Positions 1 to 7,914 of a DNA stretch of 64,000 nt are shown here, one piece after another (within the stretch, counting starts at the first letter, position 1; each line of letters opens with the position of its first letter). The notes below the pieces were generated by a model. It did no database searches. It was not told where the DNA came from and was given only the letters and a program-made list of their open reading frames with translations. Position numbers and translations under genes: made by a program. The DNA is from Actinomycetota bacterium (GTDB taxonomy: Bacteria; Actinomycetota; Acidimicrobiia; Acidimicrobiales; JACCXE01): NCBI GenBank assembly GCA_041166405.1, contig JBEEFV010000031.1, forward strand, positions 9,840 to 73,839, written 5' to 3'.

Positions 1-311
1 GCGCCGCGGCCCCACACTTCGCCGTCGACGAGTTCACCGCCGAACGGATCGCGCTCCCAGCCCTCCGTCGCGGGCACGACGTCGGTGTGCCCCATCAGCA
101 GCAGCGTTGGGGCCGCGGCGTTCGAGCCCTCGATCCGGGCGACGAGCGACTTGCGCCCTGGGGTCGGCTCGTAGGTCTCGATATCGACGCCCGGACCCTC
201 GAGAACCGTCTCGATCACGTCCGACGAACGGGTCTCGAACCCCGACTCCGGGGTGCCGTCATTCACGCACGCATTGCGGATCAGCTGCTGGAGAAGTTCG
301 GTTACTTCCAC
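1..311 (-). CDS. M20/M25/M40-family metallopeptidase (ArgE/DapE-like), N-terminal part only; gene continues off the left edge
   Basis: Own reverse-strand translation from GTG at 311: VEVTELLQQLIRNACVNDG...APTLLLMGHTDVVPATEGWERDPFGGELVDGEVWGRGA. The GHTDVVP...W..DPF...G..GRG pattern is the N-terminal metal-site signature of M20 peptidases. It is absent from the ORF track because it runs off the window. Confidence 0.7.
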   Translation of the reverse strand, partial: MEVTELLQQLIRNACVNDGTPESGFETRSSDVIETVLEGPGVDIETYEPTPGRKSLVARIEGSNAAAPTLLLMGHTDVVPATEGWERDPFGGELVDGEVWGRG

Positions 312-336
312 ACCTGCACCCTAGAGTCATCCCGTC

Positions 337-1659
337 ATGCAGAAGCCCCGCCACGTCATCGTCGACGGTTCGAACATCGCCACCGAAGGGCGGTCGATGC
401 CGAGCCTCGCGCAGCTCGACGAGGCCGTTCGCGCCTTCATGGCCGAATTCCCCGACGCGCAGATCACCGTCGTCGTCGACGCCACCTTCGGCCACCGCAT
501 CCCGACCGAAGAGGTCGCGGCGTTCGACGAGGCCGTCGCCAACGCCGAGATCGTCTCGCCGCCGGCGGGCGCGTTCGGGCGCGGTGACGCGTTCCTGTTG
601 CGCATCGCCGAGAAGGTCGACGCCGACGTGTTGTCCAACGACTCGTTCCAGGAGTTCCACGGCGAGCACGAGTGGCTGTTCGACCGCGGCCGCCTCATCG
701 GCGGCAAGCCCGTCCCCGGCATCGGGTGGATCTTCACGGCGCGCTCACCCGTGCGCGGGCCCAAGAGCCGCGAGGCCATCCGACGCGCCGGGCGCAGCCC
801 TGCGGTCGACCAAGCGATCAAGACCGCGACCGACGAAGCGACCGCGCCGCGCCGGCGCGGTTCGCGCGGCGGACGCGGCCGGCGCGGGGCCGAGCCCACC
901 GAGCGCGGGCCGGAGGCGCCGCAGATCGGCGACACGCGGCTGGCGCCGCTGAGTCCGGAGGAGCAGGAGAAGTCCGACGCCGAACGTCGCCGCCGCCGCG
1001 GGCAAGTCCCGTCGGACCCGGTGAACGAACCGATGGTGTTCCTCGGCTTCGTGGCCTCGCACCGCCCGGGCTCCACCGTCGAGGGAGTCGTCGAGGAGTT
1101 CACGAGTCACGGCGCGTTCGTGCGCGTCGGCGAAGCCCGCTGCTACATGCCGCTCGGAGCGATGGGTAACCCGCCGCCGCGCGCGGCGCGCGACGTCGTC
1201 AACAAGGGCGAGACGCGCGAGTTCATGGTGCAGGCCTTCGACCCGCCGCGGCGAGGCATCGAGATCGCGATCCCGGAGTTCGCCATCGTCTCGGGCGCGC
1301 CGTCGGAGGAGACCGTCGAGCAGGAGATCAAGCGCACCAAGAAGGCGCCGGCGAAAAAGGCGGCGGCCGCCAAGAAGGAACCCGCCGAGAAGAAAGCGCC
1401 GGCGAAGCGGACGACGAAGAAAGCCGCAGCCGCGGAAGCCGCGGCTGTGGACGTGTCCGTGCCTGACGCGGGTGACGAAGATGCCAAACCTCCGATGAAG
1501 AAGAAGGCCGTCGCCAAGAAGACGCCGGTGAAGAAGGCGGCAGCTCCCAAGAAGGCCGCCGCCAAGAAGGCGGCAGCGCCGAAGAAGGCGGCGGCGAAGA
1601 AGGAAGCGGCTCCGAAGAAAGCTGCGGCGAAGAAGACCGCGGCCAAGAAGAAGGCGTGA
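337..1659 (+). CDS. NYN/Zc3h12a-like (PIN-fold) ribonuclease domain protein with an S1-like OB domain and a Lys/Ala-rich histone-like tail
   Basis: The N-terminus HVIVDGSNIATEG...ITVVVDATFGHR...LSNDSFQEF resembles a NYN nuclease. The middle segment GSTVEGVVEEFTSHGAFVRVGEARCYMP...GETREFMVQAFD resembles S1. The last ~110 aa are AAPKKAAAKK-type repeats. Confidence 0.75.
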   Translation: MQKPRHVIVDGSNIATEGRSMPSLAQLDEAVRAFMAEFPDAQITVVVDATFGHRIPTEEVAAFDEAVANAEIVSPPAGAFGRGDAFLLRIAEKVDADVLSNDSFQEFHGEHEWLFDRGRLIGGKPVPGIGWIFTARSPVRGPKSREAIRRAGRSPAVDQAIKTATDEATAPRRRGSRGGRGRRGAEPTERGPEAPQIGDTRLAPLSPEEQEKSDAERRRRRGQVPSDPVNEPMVFLGFVASHRPGSTVEGVVEEFTSHGAFVRVGEARCYMPLGAMGNPPPRAARDVVNKGETREFMVQAFDPPRRGIEIAIPEFAIVSGAPSEETVEQEIKRTKKAPAKKAAAAKKEPAEKKAPAKRTTKKAAAAEAAAVDVSVPDAGDEDAKPPMKKKAVAKKTPVKKAAAPKKAAAKKAAAPKKAAAKKEAAPKKAAAKKTAAKKKA

Positions 1660-2282
1660 GCGCCGAGGAAGTCAAAAAGGCCGAGCGGGCGCTCGCCCAG
1701 GCCGACCCCGTCCTCAAGCGGCTGATCGCCGAGAACGGCCCGTGCACGCTCGGCACGCCGACGCCGGGCACGACCATGGTCACGCTGGCGCGCTCGATCG
1801 TGTTCCAGCAGCTTGCCGGCCGCGCCGCCGCGACTATCCACGGACGCTTCGTCGCGGCGATCGGTGGCAAGGTCACGCCGCAAGCGGTGCTCGCCACGCC
1901 GTTCGACGAGTTGCGCGCCGCTGGTCTGTCGGGGAACAAGGCAACCTCGCTCATCGATCTTGCGAACGCCCACCTCGACGGGCGCATCAAGACACGCAAG
2001 ATCCCGACGATGACCGACGACGAGATCGTCGAGCATCTCTGCATGGTGCGGGGCATCGGCCGGTGGACCGCCGAGATGTTCCTGATGTTCCACCTCGGCC
2101 GCCTCGACGTGTGGCCGACGGGCGATCTCGGCGTGCGCAACGGCTACGGCAAGGCGTGGGGGGTGCCGGCGCCCACGGCGAAGGAGCTCGAACCGCTCGG
2201 CGACCGGTTCCGCCCGTGGCGCTCCGTGGTGGCGTGGTACTGCTGGACGGCGGTGGACGTCACCCCACCCGAGGGCTGGTAG
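1656..2282 (+). CDS. DNA-3-methyladenine glycosylase II / HhH-GPD base-excision glycosylase (AlkA-like)
   Basis: HhH-GPD motif VRGIGRWTAEMFLMFHLGRLDVWPTGDLGVRNG. The GTG start overlaps the upstream stop (GTGA). Confidence 0.8.
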   Translation: MSAEEVKKAERALAQADPVLKRLIAENGPCTLGTPTPGTTMVTLARSIVFQQLAGRAAATIHGRFVAAIGGKVTPQAVLATPFDELRAAGLSGNKATSLIDLANAHLDGRIKTRKIPTMTDDEIVEHLCMVRGIGRWTAEMFLMFHLGRLDVWPTGDLGVRNGYGKAWGVPAPTAKELEPLGDRFRPWRSVVAWYCWTAVDVTPPEGW

Positions 2283-2291
2283 ACCGAAACC

Positions 2292-3080
2292 GTGCGCTTC
2301 GCCACCTGGAACGTGAACTCGCTCAACGTGCGCTTGCCGCGCGTCGAGGAGTGGTTCGAGTACGCGCAGCCCGACGTCGTGTGCATGCAGGAGACCAAGC
2401 TCGCCGACGGTTCTTTCCCATACCTGTCGTTCAGCGCGATGGGCTATGAGGTGGCGCACAACGGTACGGGTCGGTGGAACGGCGTCGCCATCGCGTCGCG
2501 CGTCGGTCTCGACGATGTGACGGTCGGCTTCGGCAAGGTCGACTGCCCGACCTTCGACACCGAAGACGTCGAGCCGCGGTGCGTGAGCGCGACGTGCGGC
2601 GGCGTGCGCGTCACGTCGGTGTACGTGCCCAACGGCCGCGGCCTCGCCGACCCGCACTACGAGTACAAGCTGGCGTGGCTGGCGGCGCTGCGTGACGAAA
2701 TCGCGGCGACCAACAAGCCGGACGAACCCGTCGTCGTGTGCGGCGACTTCAACATCGCTCCCGAAGACAAGGACTGCTACGACCCGAAGAAGTTCCTCAC
2801 CGACACGCACACGTCGCCGAGAGAACGCGCCGCGCTCGAGGCGATCAAGGAGTGGGGTTTTGTCGACGCCTTCCGCGCCAAGCACGACGCGGAGCGTCTG
2901 TACTCGTGGTGGGACTACCGCGCCGGCGACTTCCACCAGGGGCGCGGCCTGCGCATCGACCTCGTGCTCGTGAGTGCGCCGCTCGCCGACAAGATCAGCT
3001 TCGCGTTGATCGACCGCAACGCCCGCAAGGGCAAGCAGCCGTCCGACCACGCACCCGTGATCGTGGACATCGATGTCTGA
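2292..3080 (+). CDS. xthA: exodeoxyribonuclease III (AP endonuclease)
   Basis: MRFATWNVNSLNVRLPRV, CMQETK, CGDFNIAPEDKD and SDHAPVIVDI are classic ExoIII/EEP motifs. Confidence 0.9.
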   Translation: MRFATWNVNSLNVRLPRVEEWFEYAQPDVVCMQETKLADGSFPYLSFSAMGYEVAHNGTGRWNGVAIASRVGLDDVTVGFGKVDCPTFDTEDVEPRCVSATCGGVRVTSVYVPNGRGLADPHYEYKLAWLAALRDEIAATNKPDEPVVVCGDFNIAPEDKDCYDPKKFLTDTHTSPRERAALEAIKEWGFVDAFRAKHDAERLYSWWDYRAGDFHQGRGLRIDLVLVSAPLADKISFALIDRNARKGKQPSDHAPVIVDIDV

Positions 3081-3765
3081 CGGTCCCAACAGTCGGGCCA
3101 ACCGCATCAACGCCGTCGCCAGCGAGCCGGTGATGACCGAACAGCGGGTGGCGGCGCGCGAGATGACCGACGTGTTGCGCCGCCTCATGGAAAGCGTCGT
3201 CGCCACACAGGCCGACGCCGAAGCGATGCGCAGCGCCACGGCGCAGCTGAGCGAGATCGCTGATGCGCTCGGCGCCTACCCGCGGGGGCGCGTCTACGAC
3301 TTCAGCGAGTCGTCGCTCGCCGGTGACCCCGGCGCGTTCTTCGACAACAGTCCCGTCGCCGGCTTGGCGAACCCACTCGCTCCGCCGCTGCGCATGCACG
3401 TCGAAGGCGAGGAGATCATCGGCGAGGTCCGCTGGGGGAGCGCCTACGAAGGCGCGCCCGGATGCGTCCACGGCGGGTACGTGCTGGCGGCGTTCGACGA
3501 AGTGCTCGGGCTCGCGCAAGACCTCGGCGGCCAGCCCGGCATGACGGGGACGCTCACCACGAAGTTCCGCAAGCCCACGCCGCTGCACACGGACCTGCGT
3601 TTCGCGGCGCGGATCGATCGCATCGAGGGCCGCAAGACGTTCACGACGGGCGAGTTGCACGACGCGGACGGCAACTTGCTCGCCGAAGCCGACGCCGTGT
3701 TCATCACCGTCGACATGACCAAGCTGCAAAAGCTCGCCGACGAACGCGAAAAGCAGACGCCGTAA
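3073..3765 (+). CDS. hotdog-fold (PaaI-like) thioesterase family protein
   Basis: GCVHGGYVLAAFDEVLG core and a C-terminal hotdog-like beta segment (KTFTTGELHDADGNLLAEADAVFI). Confidence 0.65.
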   Translation: MSDGPNSRANRINAVASEPVMTEQRVAAREMTDVLRRLMESVVATQADAEAMRSATAQLSEIADALGAYPRGRVYDFSESSLAGDPGAFFDNSPVAGLANPLAPPLRMHVEGEEIIGEVRWGSAYEGAPGCVHGGYVLAAFDEVLGLAQDLGGQPGMTGTLTTKFRKPTPLHTDLRFAARIDRIEGRKTFTTGELHDADGNLLAEADAVFITVDMTKLQKLADEREKQTP

Positions 3766-3782
3766 GGCGTCGCGCCGCGCCG

Positions 3783-3852
3783 TTTCGAGCACCCGAGGCG
3801 GGGTGATTCGCCGGCCGCAGCCCCCCAATCACACCGCTTCGGGTGCCCGAAA
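3783..3852. repeat. 70-nt imperfect-palindrome (hairpin) repeat, copy 1; probable bidirectional terminator / REP-like element
   Basis: The arms TTTCGAGCACCCGAGGCGGGGTGAT (3783-3807) and ATCACACCGCTTCGGGTGCCCGAAA (3828-3852) pair at 22 of 25 positions around a 20-nt loop. A second copy lies at 4735-4804. Confidence 0.7.
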
Positions 3853-4744
3853 CGCAACGACGCTTGGGCGAGCACCGCCGCGAGGTCGCGCGCCGTGGCC
3901 CGCGGGTTGAAGACGACCTGGCGCCACGTGGCGCGCGCCGTGAGCCAGCCGGTCGCGGCCACGACGGCTGTTTGCCGCGCCGCGTCATGGACTGGTTGAC
4001 CGTCGTGTCCGCGACCGTCGAGTTCCAGGAACACCCCGAGCTCGGGCCAACACAGGTCGACGCGTGCGACGAAACGACCGTCAGATGTGTACACGCGGTA
4101 CTGCCGGGTTGGCTCGGGCAGCCCGTACGCGCGAATGAGCTGTACTGCGTAGGTCTCGAGCAGCGACTCGGTTGGGGGCGCGCCGCGTGGCCTGCGGTCA
4201 AGGACGCGGCGGATCAACGCCGCGCCTTTCGCTCGCCGGGCTCCGAGCAATGGAATCGCCGCTTCGACCGCGGCGACCGTCGTCAGCTTTTTCCGCAGCG
4301 CCGCTTCGAGGGCGTGCTCCCAGCGCGTCTCGTCGAGTTCGGCTGCGAGGTCGAGGAGTGTCTGGAGCCCATCGGCGACGCGAACGCCGTCGACCTCGAC
4401 GACGGCGCCGACGAGCCGAGTCCGCCGCGCCCCGTCGCGTTTGTTGCTCGACCGTGGATCGACGGTGAACCACGGTTGCTCGATGCTCGTCAGGTCGAGA
4501 TCGAGCCCGCCCCATATGGCGGCAGCAGCAAAGCCCCCGACAGCGCCGCCGGTCACGATCGCCCCGGCCATCGATCGGTCGAGCATCTCGCGGGGTCGCC
4601 GCCGTCTGCGTACACGCCTCGGCCGAGGTCAATGCAGGCGCCCGAGCGCACCTTCCAGCGCAGCTGCTCCTCGGTGATGCCGTCGGCGAATGCCTGTGCC
4701 GTCGTGAAAATGCGTCGCACCCGTATCCCTCGGGTTTGGAGCAC
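3853..4744 (-). pseudogene. DUF559 / Vsr-like restriction-endonuclease-fold protein, frameshifted (boundaries approximate)
   Basis: ORF 4553..4744 encodes the N-terminal part (RIFTTAQAFADGITEEQLRWKVRSGACIDLGRGVYADGG). The continuation (LDRSMAGAIVTGG...YGLPEPTRQY...VDLCWPELGVFLELDGRGHDG...D..R) is in another frame (ORF 3444..4586). The frame switch lies near 4590-4600. No stop occurs before the 3' hairpin; the frame stays open to 3444, antisense into the thioesterase gene. Confidence 0.6.
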
Positions 4745-4804
4745 CCGAGGCGGGGTGATGTGCGCGTCAAATGGGCGCGATCACACCGCTAACGGTGCTC
4801 GAAA
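4735..4804. repeat. 70-nt hairpin repeat, copy 2 (same orientation as copy 1)
   Basis: The left arm TTTGGAGCACCCGAGGCGGGGTGAT matches copy 1 at 24 of 25 positions. The right arm ATCACACCGCTAACGGTGCTCGAAA matches at 21 of 25. The loop is again 20 nt but unrelated in sequence. Confidence 0.7.
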
Positions 4805-4840
4805 AACGTGACGGGGGAAGGGGAGTGCGTTCGGCCGGAG

Positions 4841-5320
4841 TTAACGGAAGAGGCCGACGGGCACCGCGATGCGGCGGCGTTCGATGTCGGCGGTGAAGAG
4901 GCGGTAGATCTCGTCGGCGGCGTCGTCGATGATGTTCGGCAGAGGCAGCGCGGCGGCACCGGAACCGACCAGCGGCTTCGGCTTGCGCGGCGAAACCCAA
5001 CCAGCTGAGCCGCCGCGGCCTCGGTACACGATGAGTCCGGAAACCGGATCGGGGACTGCGTCGAGCGCGATCTGCACCGCCAGCGTCTGACGGTAGCGCT
5101 CCCAGTCGGCCTCGGATTCGAAGCACACCTCGAACACGACACCCCAGGTGTGGCTGTGCCAGTTCCAGTCGGTCGCGCCGGTGCGGAGTGCCGTCTCGAC
5201 GAGGCTGTCGCCGACGTTTTCCTGCCAGGCGCGCGCCGAGAAGGGTCCGTCAAATACTTCGATCGACATCCAATACGCCATCGCGGCGATAAGAGTAGGC
5301 GACGTTCGCCCTGGATTCAA
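4841..5320 (-). CDS. hypothetical protein (no family recognised)
   Basis: A 159-codon ORF with coding-like composition. Its TTG start overlaps the stop of the upstream DUF2505 gene (TTGA). Alternative ATG at 5281. Confidence 0.5.
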   Translation of the reverse strand: MNPGRTSPTLIAAMAYWMSIEVFDGPFSARAWQENVGDSLVETALRTGATDWNWHSHTWGVVFEVCFESEADWERYRQTLAVQIALDAVPDPVSGLIVYRGRGGSAGWVSPRKPKPLVGSGAAALPLPNIIDDAADEIYRLFTADIERRRIAVPVGLFR

Positions 5321-5814
5321 TGGTCAAAGTGGGTCAGAAACGACTGAACTGCTGCTTCCTCGGCCGCCGCGTGCTCCTCGAGGCCCGACACGATCGCGCG
5401 CTCGACACGGCCGCCCACCAGGGGAAAGTGCACCTTGAGCTCGGCCTCGGTACGCCGCAGCGTCTCGTCGCCCCGACTCGACAGCGCGAAGGTGCCGGCG
5501 CACGTCAGCCGGTTGGCGTAGTGGTCGGCGACGATGTGCCACGTCGTGACGTGCGTCGTGCGGTCGAGCTCGGACTCCTCGACCCACGACAATCTCGACG
5601 GGTCGATTACCGCCGTAACCGCGCTACTGAGCTCGCCCGTGAACCGGTAGCGCACCCGCTGCACGACCCGATCGCCTTTGATCTGCTGATCGAGCAACTC
5701 GGCGCCGCCGACTTTCGGCAGCGTTGCCAGCGTGGCGAGCAGCTCGGGGGAGCAGTAGGCGTCTTCGACGTCGGCGAGAGGCGCGCGGTACCGCTGCTCG
5801 ATGAAAAACTTCAC
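5317..5814 (-). CDS. SRPBCC-fold / DUF2505-like protein
   Basis: MKFFIEQRYRAPLADVEDAY...RYRFTGELSSAVTAVIDPSRLSWVEES...LKVHFPLVGGRVERAIV resembles actinobacterial DUF2505 proteins. The GTG start directly follows the uvrD2 stop. Confidence 0.6.
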   Translation of the reverse strand: MKFFIEQRYRAPLADVEDAYCSPELLATLATLPKVGGAELLDQQIKGDRVVQRVRYRFTGELSSAVTAVIDPSRLSWVEESELDRTTHVTTWHIVADHYANRLTCAGTFALSSRGDETLRRTEAELKVHFPLVGGRVERAIVSGLEEHAAAEEAAVQSFLTHFDH

Positions 5815-7866
5815 CTAGGAAGCTTGTTCGCGCGTGGCCGCTTCCGCCAGCACGCGCAGGATGTCGGCGCCGTAACGGTCGATCTTGACCGGCCCGACTC
5901 CCGGCACTGCCAGCAGGTCGCGCTCGGTGCGCGGCATGGCCTCGGCGAGCGCGGCGAGCGTCGTGTCGTGGAAGATCACGTACGCCGGCATGCCCGCGGC
6001 GCGCGCCGTCTGGCTGCGCCACGCCTTGAGCGCGCTGAGCACGTCGGCGTCGGCGTTCGCTCCCGCGATTTTCGACGTGGCTTTCGTGCGGGCGCGCCGC
6101 GCGCTGGCGATCGAGGCGAGCCGTTCGCGTTCGGCGGCGATCTTGGCGCGCAGGTCGGATGGCGCGACGCCCTGTTGCAGCAGGGCGATCGTCATCTCGA
6201 TCGGTTCGAGGTAGGGCGAGGCCGAGCGGGGGATCGCTTTGGCGCCGAAGCTGCGGCGCTCGGCCCACGTGCAGCGCAGTACTTCTTGCGCGCGCGTGAC
6301 GGCGACGTACAGCAGTCGGCGCTCTTCGGCTTCGGCGGCCGGCGTCGCGGCGTGGCCGATCGGGACGAGGCCGCGTTCGAGTCCGGCGATGAACACGACG
6401 GGCCACTCGAGGCCCTTGGCGCGGTGAAACGTCACCACTTCGACGGCGTCGCCGGCGGTGTCGGGCGCTTCGGACTTCACGGTGGTGTTCAGCCACGCCA
6501 GGAACCCGCTGGTAGTTCCTCCTGGCTCGATTGCGTCGTACTCGCCGGCGAGGCGGACAAGCTCTTCGAGGTTGGCGCGCCGCTCGTCGGTGCCGCCGCC
6601 TTCGGCCAGTAGCTCGTCGAGGTCGGCGACGGCCGAGCGGATCGGCGTCTGGTTCGGCAGGCGTCGCAGCGCGGCGATGGCGTCGCGCACTTCGGGCTGA
6701 TGCAGGAACCCACCGTCGCCGCGCACGCGGTACGGCACGCCCGCCTCGGCGAGCGCCTCGCAGATCGGGACCGCCTGCGCGTTCGTGCGCACGAGGATGG
6801 CGATCGACGACCAGCCGCGGCCCGGCCGATGCGCGCTGCGCGCGGCGCGCGCCACGCCTTTGGCCTCGTCGGTGTCAGAAGAGAACGCGGTGACGATCGG
6901 CAGCGGACCGTTGGGGGCGTGGGCGACGAGTTCGGCGCCGGCGCGCCCCGCGAACCCGTCGGCCAGCACCGCATTGGCCGTGGCGAGGATCTGCGGCGAC
7001 GATCGGAAGTTGTCGGCCAGTGCGACGACCTCGGCTCCGGGGTAGTGCGACGTGAACTCGGTCAGCAGCGTCGGGTCGGCGCCGTTCCAGCTGTAGATCG
7101 CCTGGTTCGGATCACCCACGACGCACAGGTCGAACCGATCGCCCATCCACCCCTGGAGCAGCCGGTACTGGACGGGGTTGACGTCCTGGAACTCGTCGAC
7201 GAAGAGATGACGGAAGCGCCAGCGCGTCGCCGCCGCGAACTTCGCGTCGTCTTCGAGGATGCTCCCGGCGAGCCACAACATGTCGTCGAAGTCGACGAGT
7301 CCCCGGCGCTTCTTCTCGTTCTCGTAGCGCTCGAACAGCGCGGCGAACGCGTCGAACGGGATCGGCGGCTTGCGGCCCGCCTTGTCCGCTTCGGCTTCGT
7401 ACCGCGCCGGCGAAACACCCCGGGCCTTCGCCCACTCGATCTCGCTGGCGATGTCGATCGGCTGCACGGCAGGCCCGAGGCGGCGGCCACCGAGCAGCGG
7501 GGCGATGATGCGCACCTTGCGGTCGAGGATCGCGGGCTCGCTTTGGCCGCGGTCGGACCACCAGCGTCGCAACTGGCCGAGCGCCAGCGAGTGGAACGTG
7601 CCCGCAGCCACGCCGTCGCGCAGGCCGAGCGCCCCGAGGCGATCGCGCAGCTCGCCGGCGGCCTTGCGCGTGAAGGTGACGGCGACGGTGTGCTCGGCGT
7701 CGGCGGTTTCGTTGAGGACGCGGTAGGCGATGCGGCGGGTGAGGACGCGGGTCTTGCCCGACCCGGCGCCGGCGAGGATGCACAGCGGTTGCGCGTCGGA
7801 CGTGACGGCCGCAGCCTGCGCCGGGGTCAGCCCATCGAGCAAACGTTCGATTCCCACCCCTCGCAA
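5815..7866 (-). CDS. uvrD2: ATP-dependent DNA helicase, UvrD2-type (SF1 helicase + C-terminal HRDC domain)
   Basis: Walker A AGAGSGKTRVLTRR, motif II FVDEFQDVN, VTFHRAKGLEW, YVAVTRA. The C-terminal LSALKAWRSQTARAAGMPAYVIFHDTTLAALAE...VPGVGPVKIDRYG is an HRDC domain. Confidence 0.9.
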   Translation of the reverse strand: MRGVGIERLLDGLTPAQAAAVTSDAQPLCILAGAGSGKTRVLTRRIAYRVLNETADAEHTVAVTFTRKAAGELRDRLGALGLRDGVAAGTFHSLALGQLRRWWSDRGQSEPAILDRKVRIIAPLLGGRRLGPAVQPIDIASEIEWAKARGVSPARYEAEADKAGRKPPIPFDAFAALFERYENEKKRRGLVDFDDMLWLAGSILEDDAKFAAATRWRFRHLFVDEFQDVNPVQYRLLQGWMGDRFDLCVVGDPNQAIYSWNGADPTLLTEFTSHYPGAEVVALADNFRSSPQILATANAVLADGFAGRAGAELVAHAPNGPLPIVTAFSSDTDEAKGVARAARSAHRPGRGWSSIAILVRTNAQAVPICEALAEAGVPYRVRGDGGFLHQPEVRDAIAALRRLPNQTPIRSAVADLDELLAEGGGTDERRANLEELVRLAGEYDAIEPGGTTSGFLAWLNTTVKSEAPDTAGDAVEVVTFHRAKGLEWPVVFIAGLERGLVPIGHAATPAAEAEERRLLYVAVTRAQEVLRCTWAERRSFGAKAIPRSASPYLEPIEMTIALLQQGVAPSDLRAKIAAERERLASIASARRARTKATSKIAGANADADVLSALKAWRSQTARAAGMPAYVIFHDTTLAALAEAMPRTERDLLAVPGVGPVKIDRYGADILRVLAEAATREQAS

Positions 7867-7914
7867 CGTACCGAGGGGGTGTGACGCGCTGGTGGATGCC
7901 CCGACTACACCGGG

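Noticed and set aside
1143-3239. A 698-aa reverse-strand ORF spanning three plus-strand genes (NYN-protein tail, alkA-like, xthA).
   Set aside because: It is antisense to ORFs with unmistakable conserved motifs. Its translation is Arg/Ala/Gly/Val/His-rich with no recognisable domain. This is the typical stop-poor shadow frame of a very GC-rich genome.
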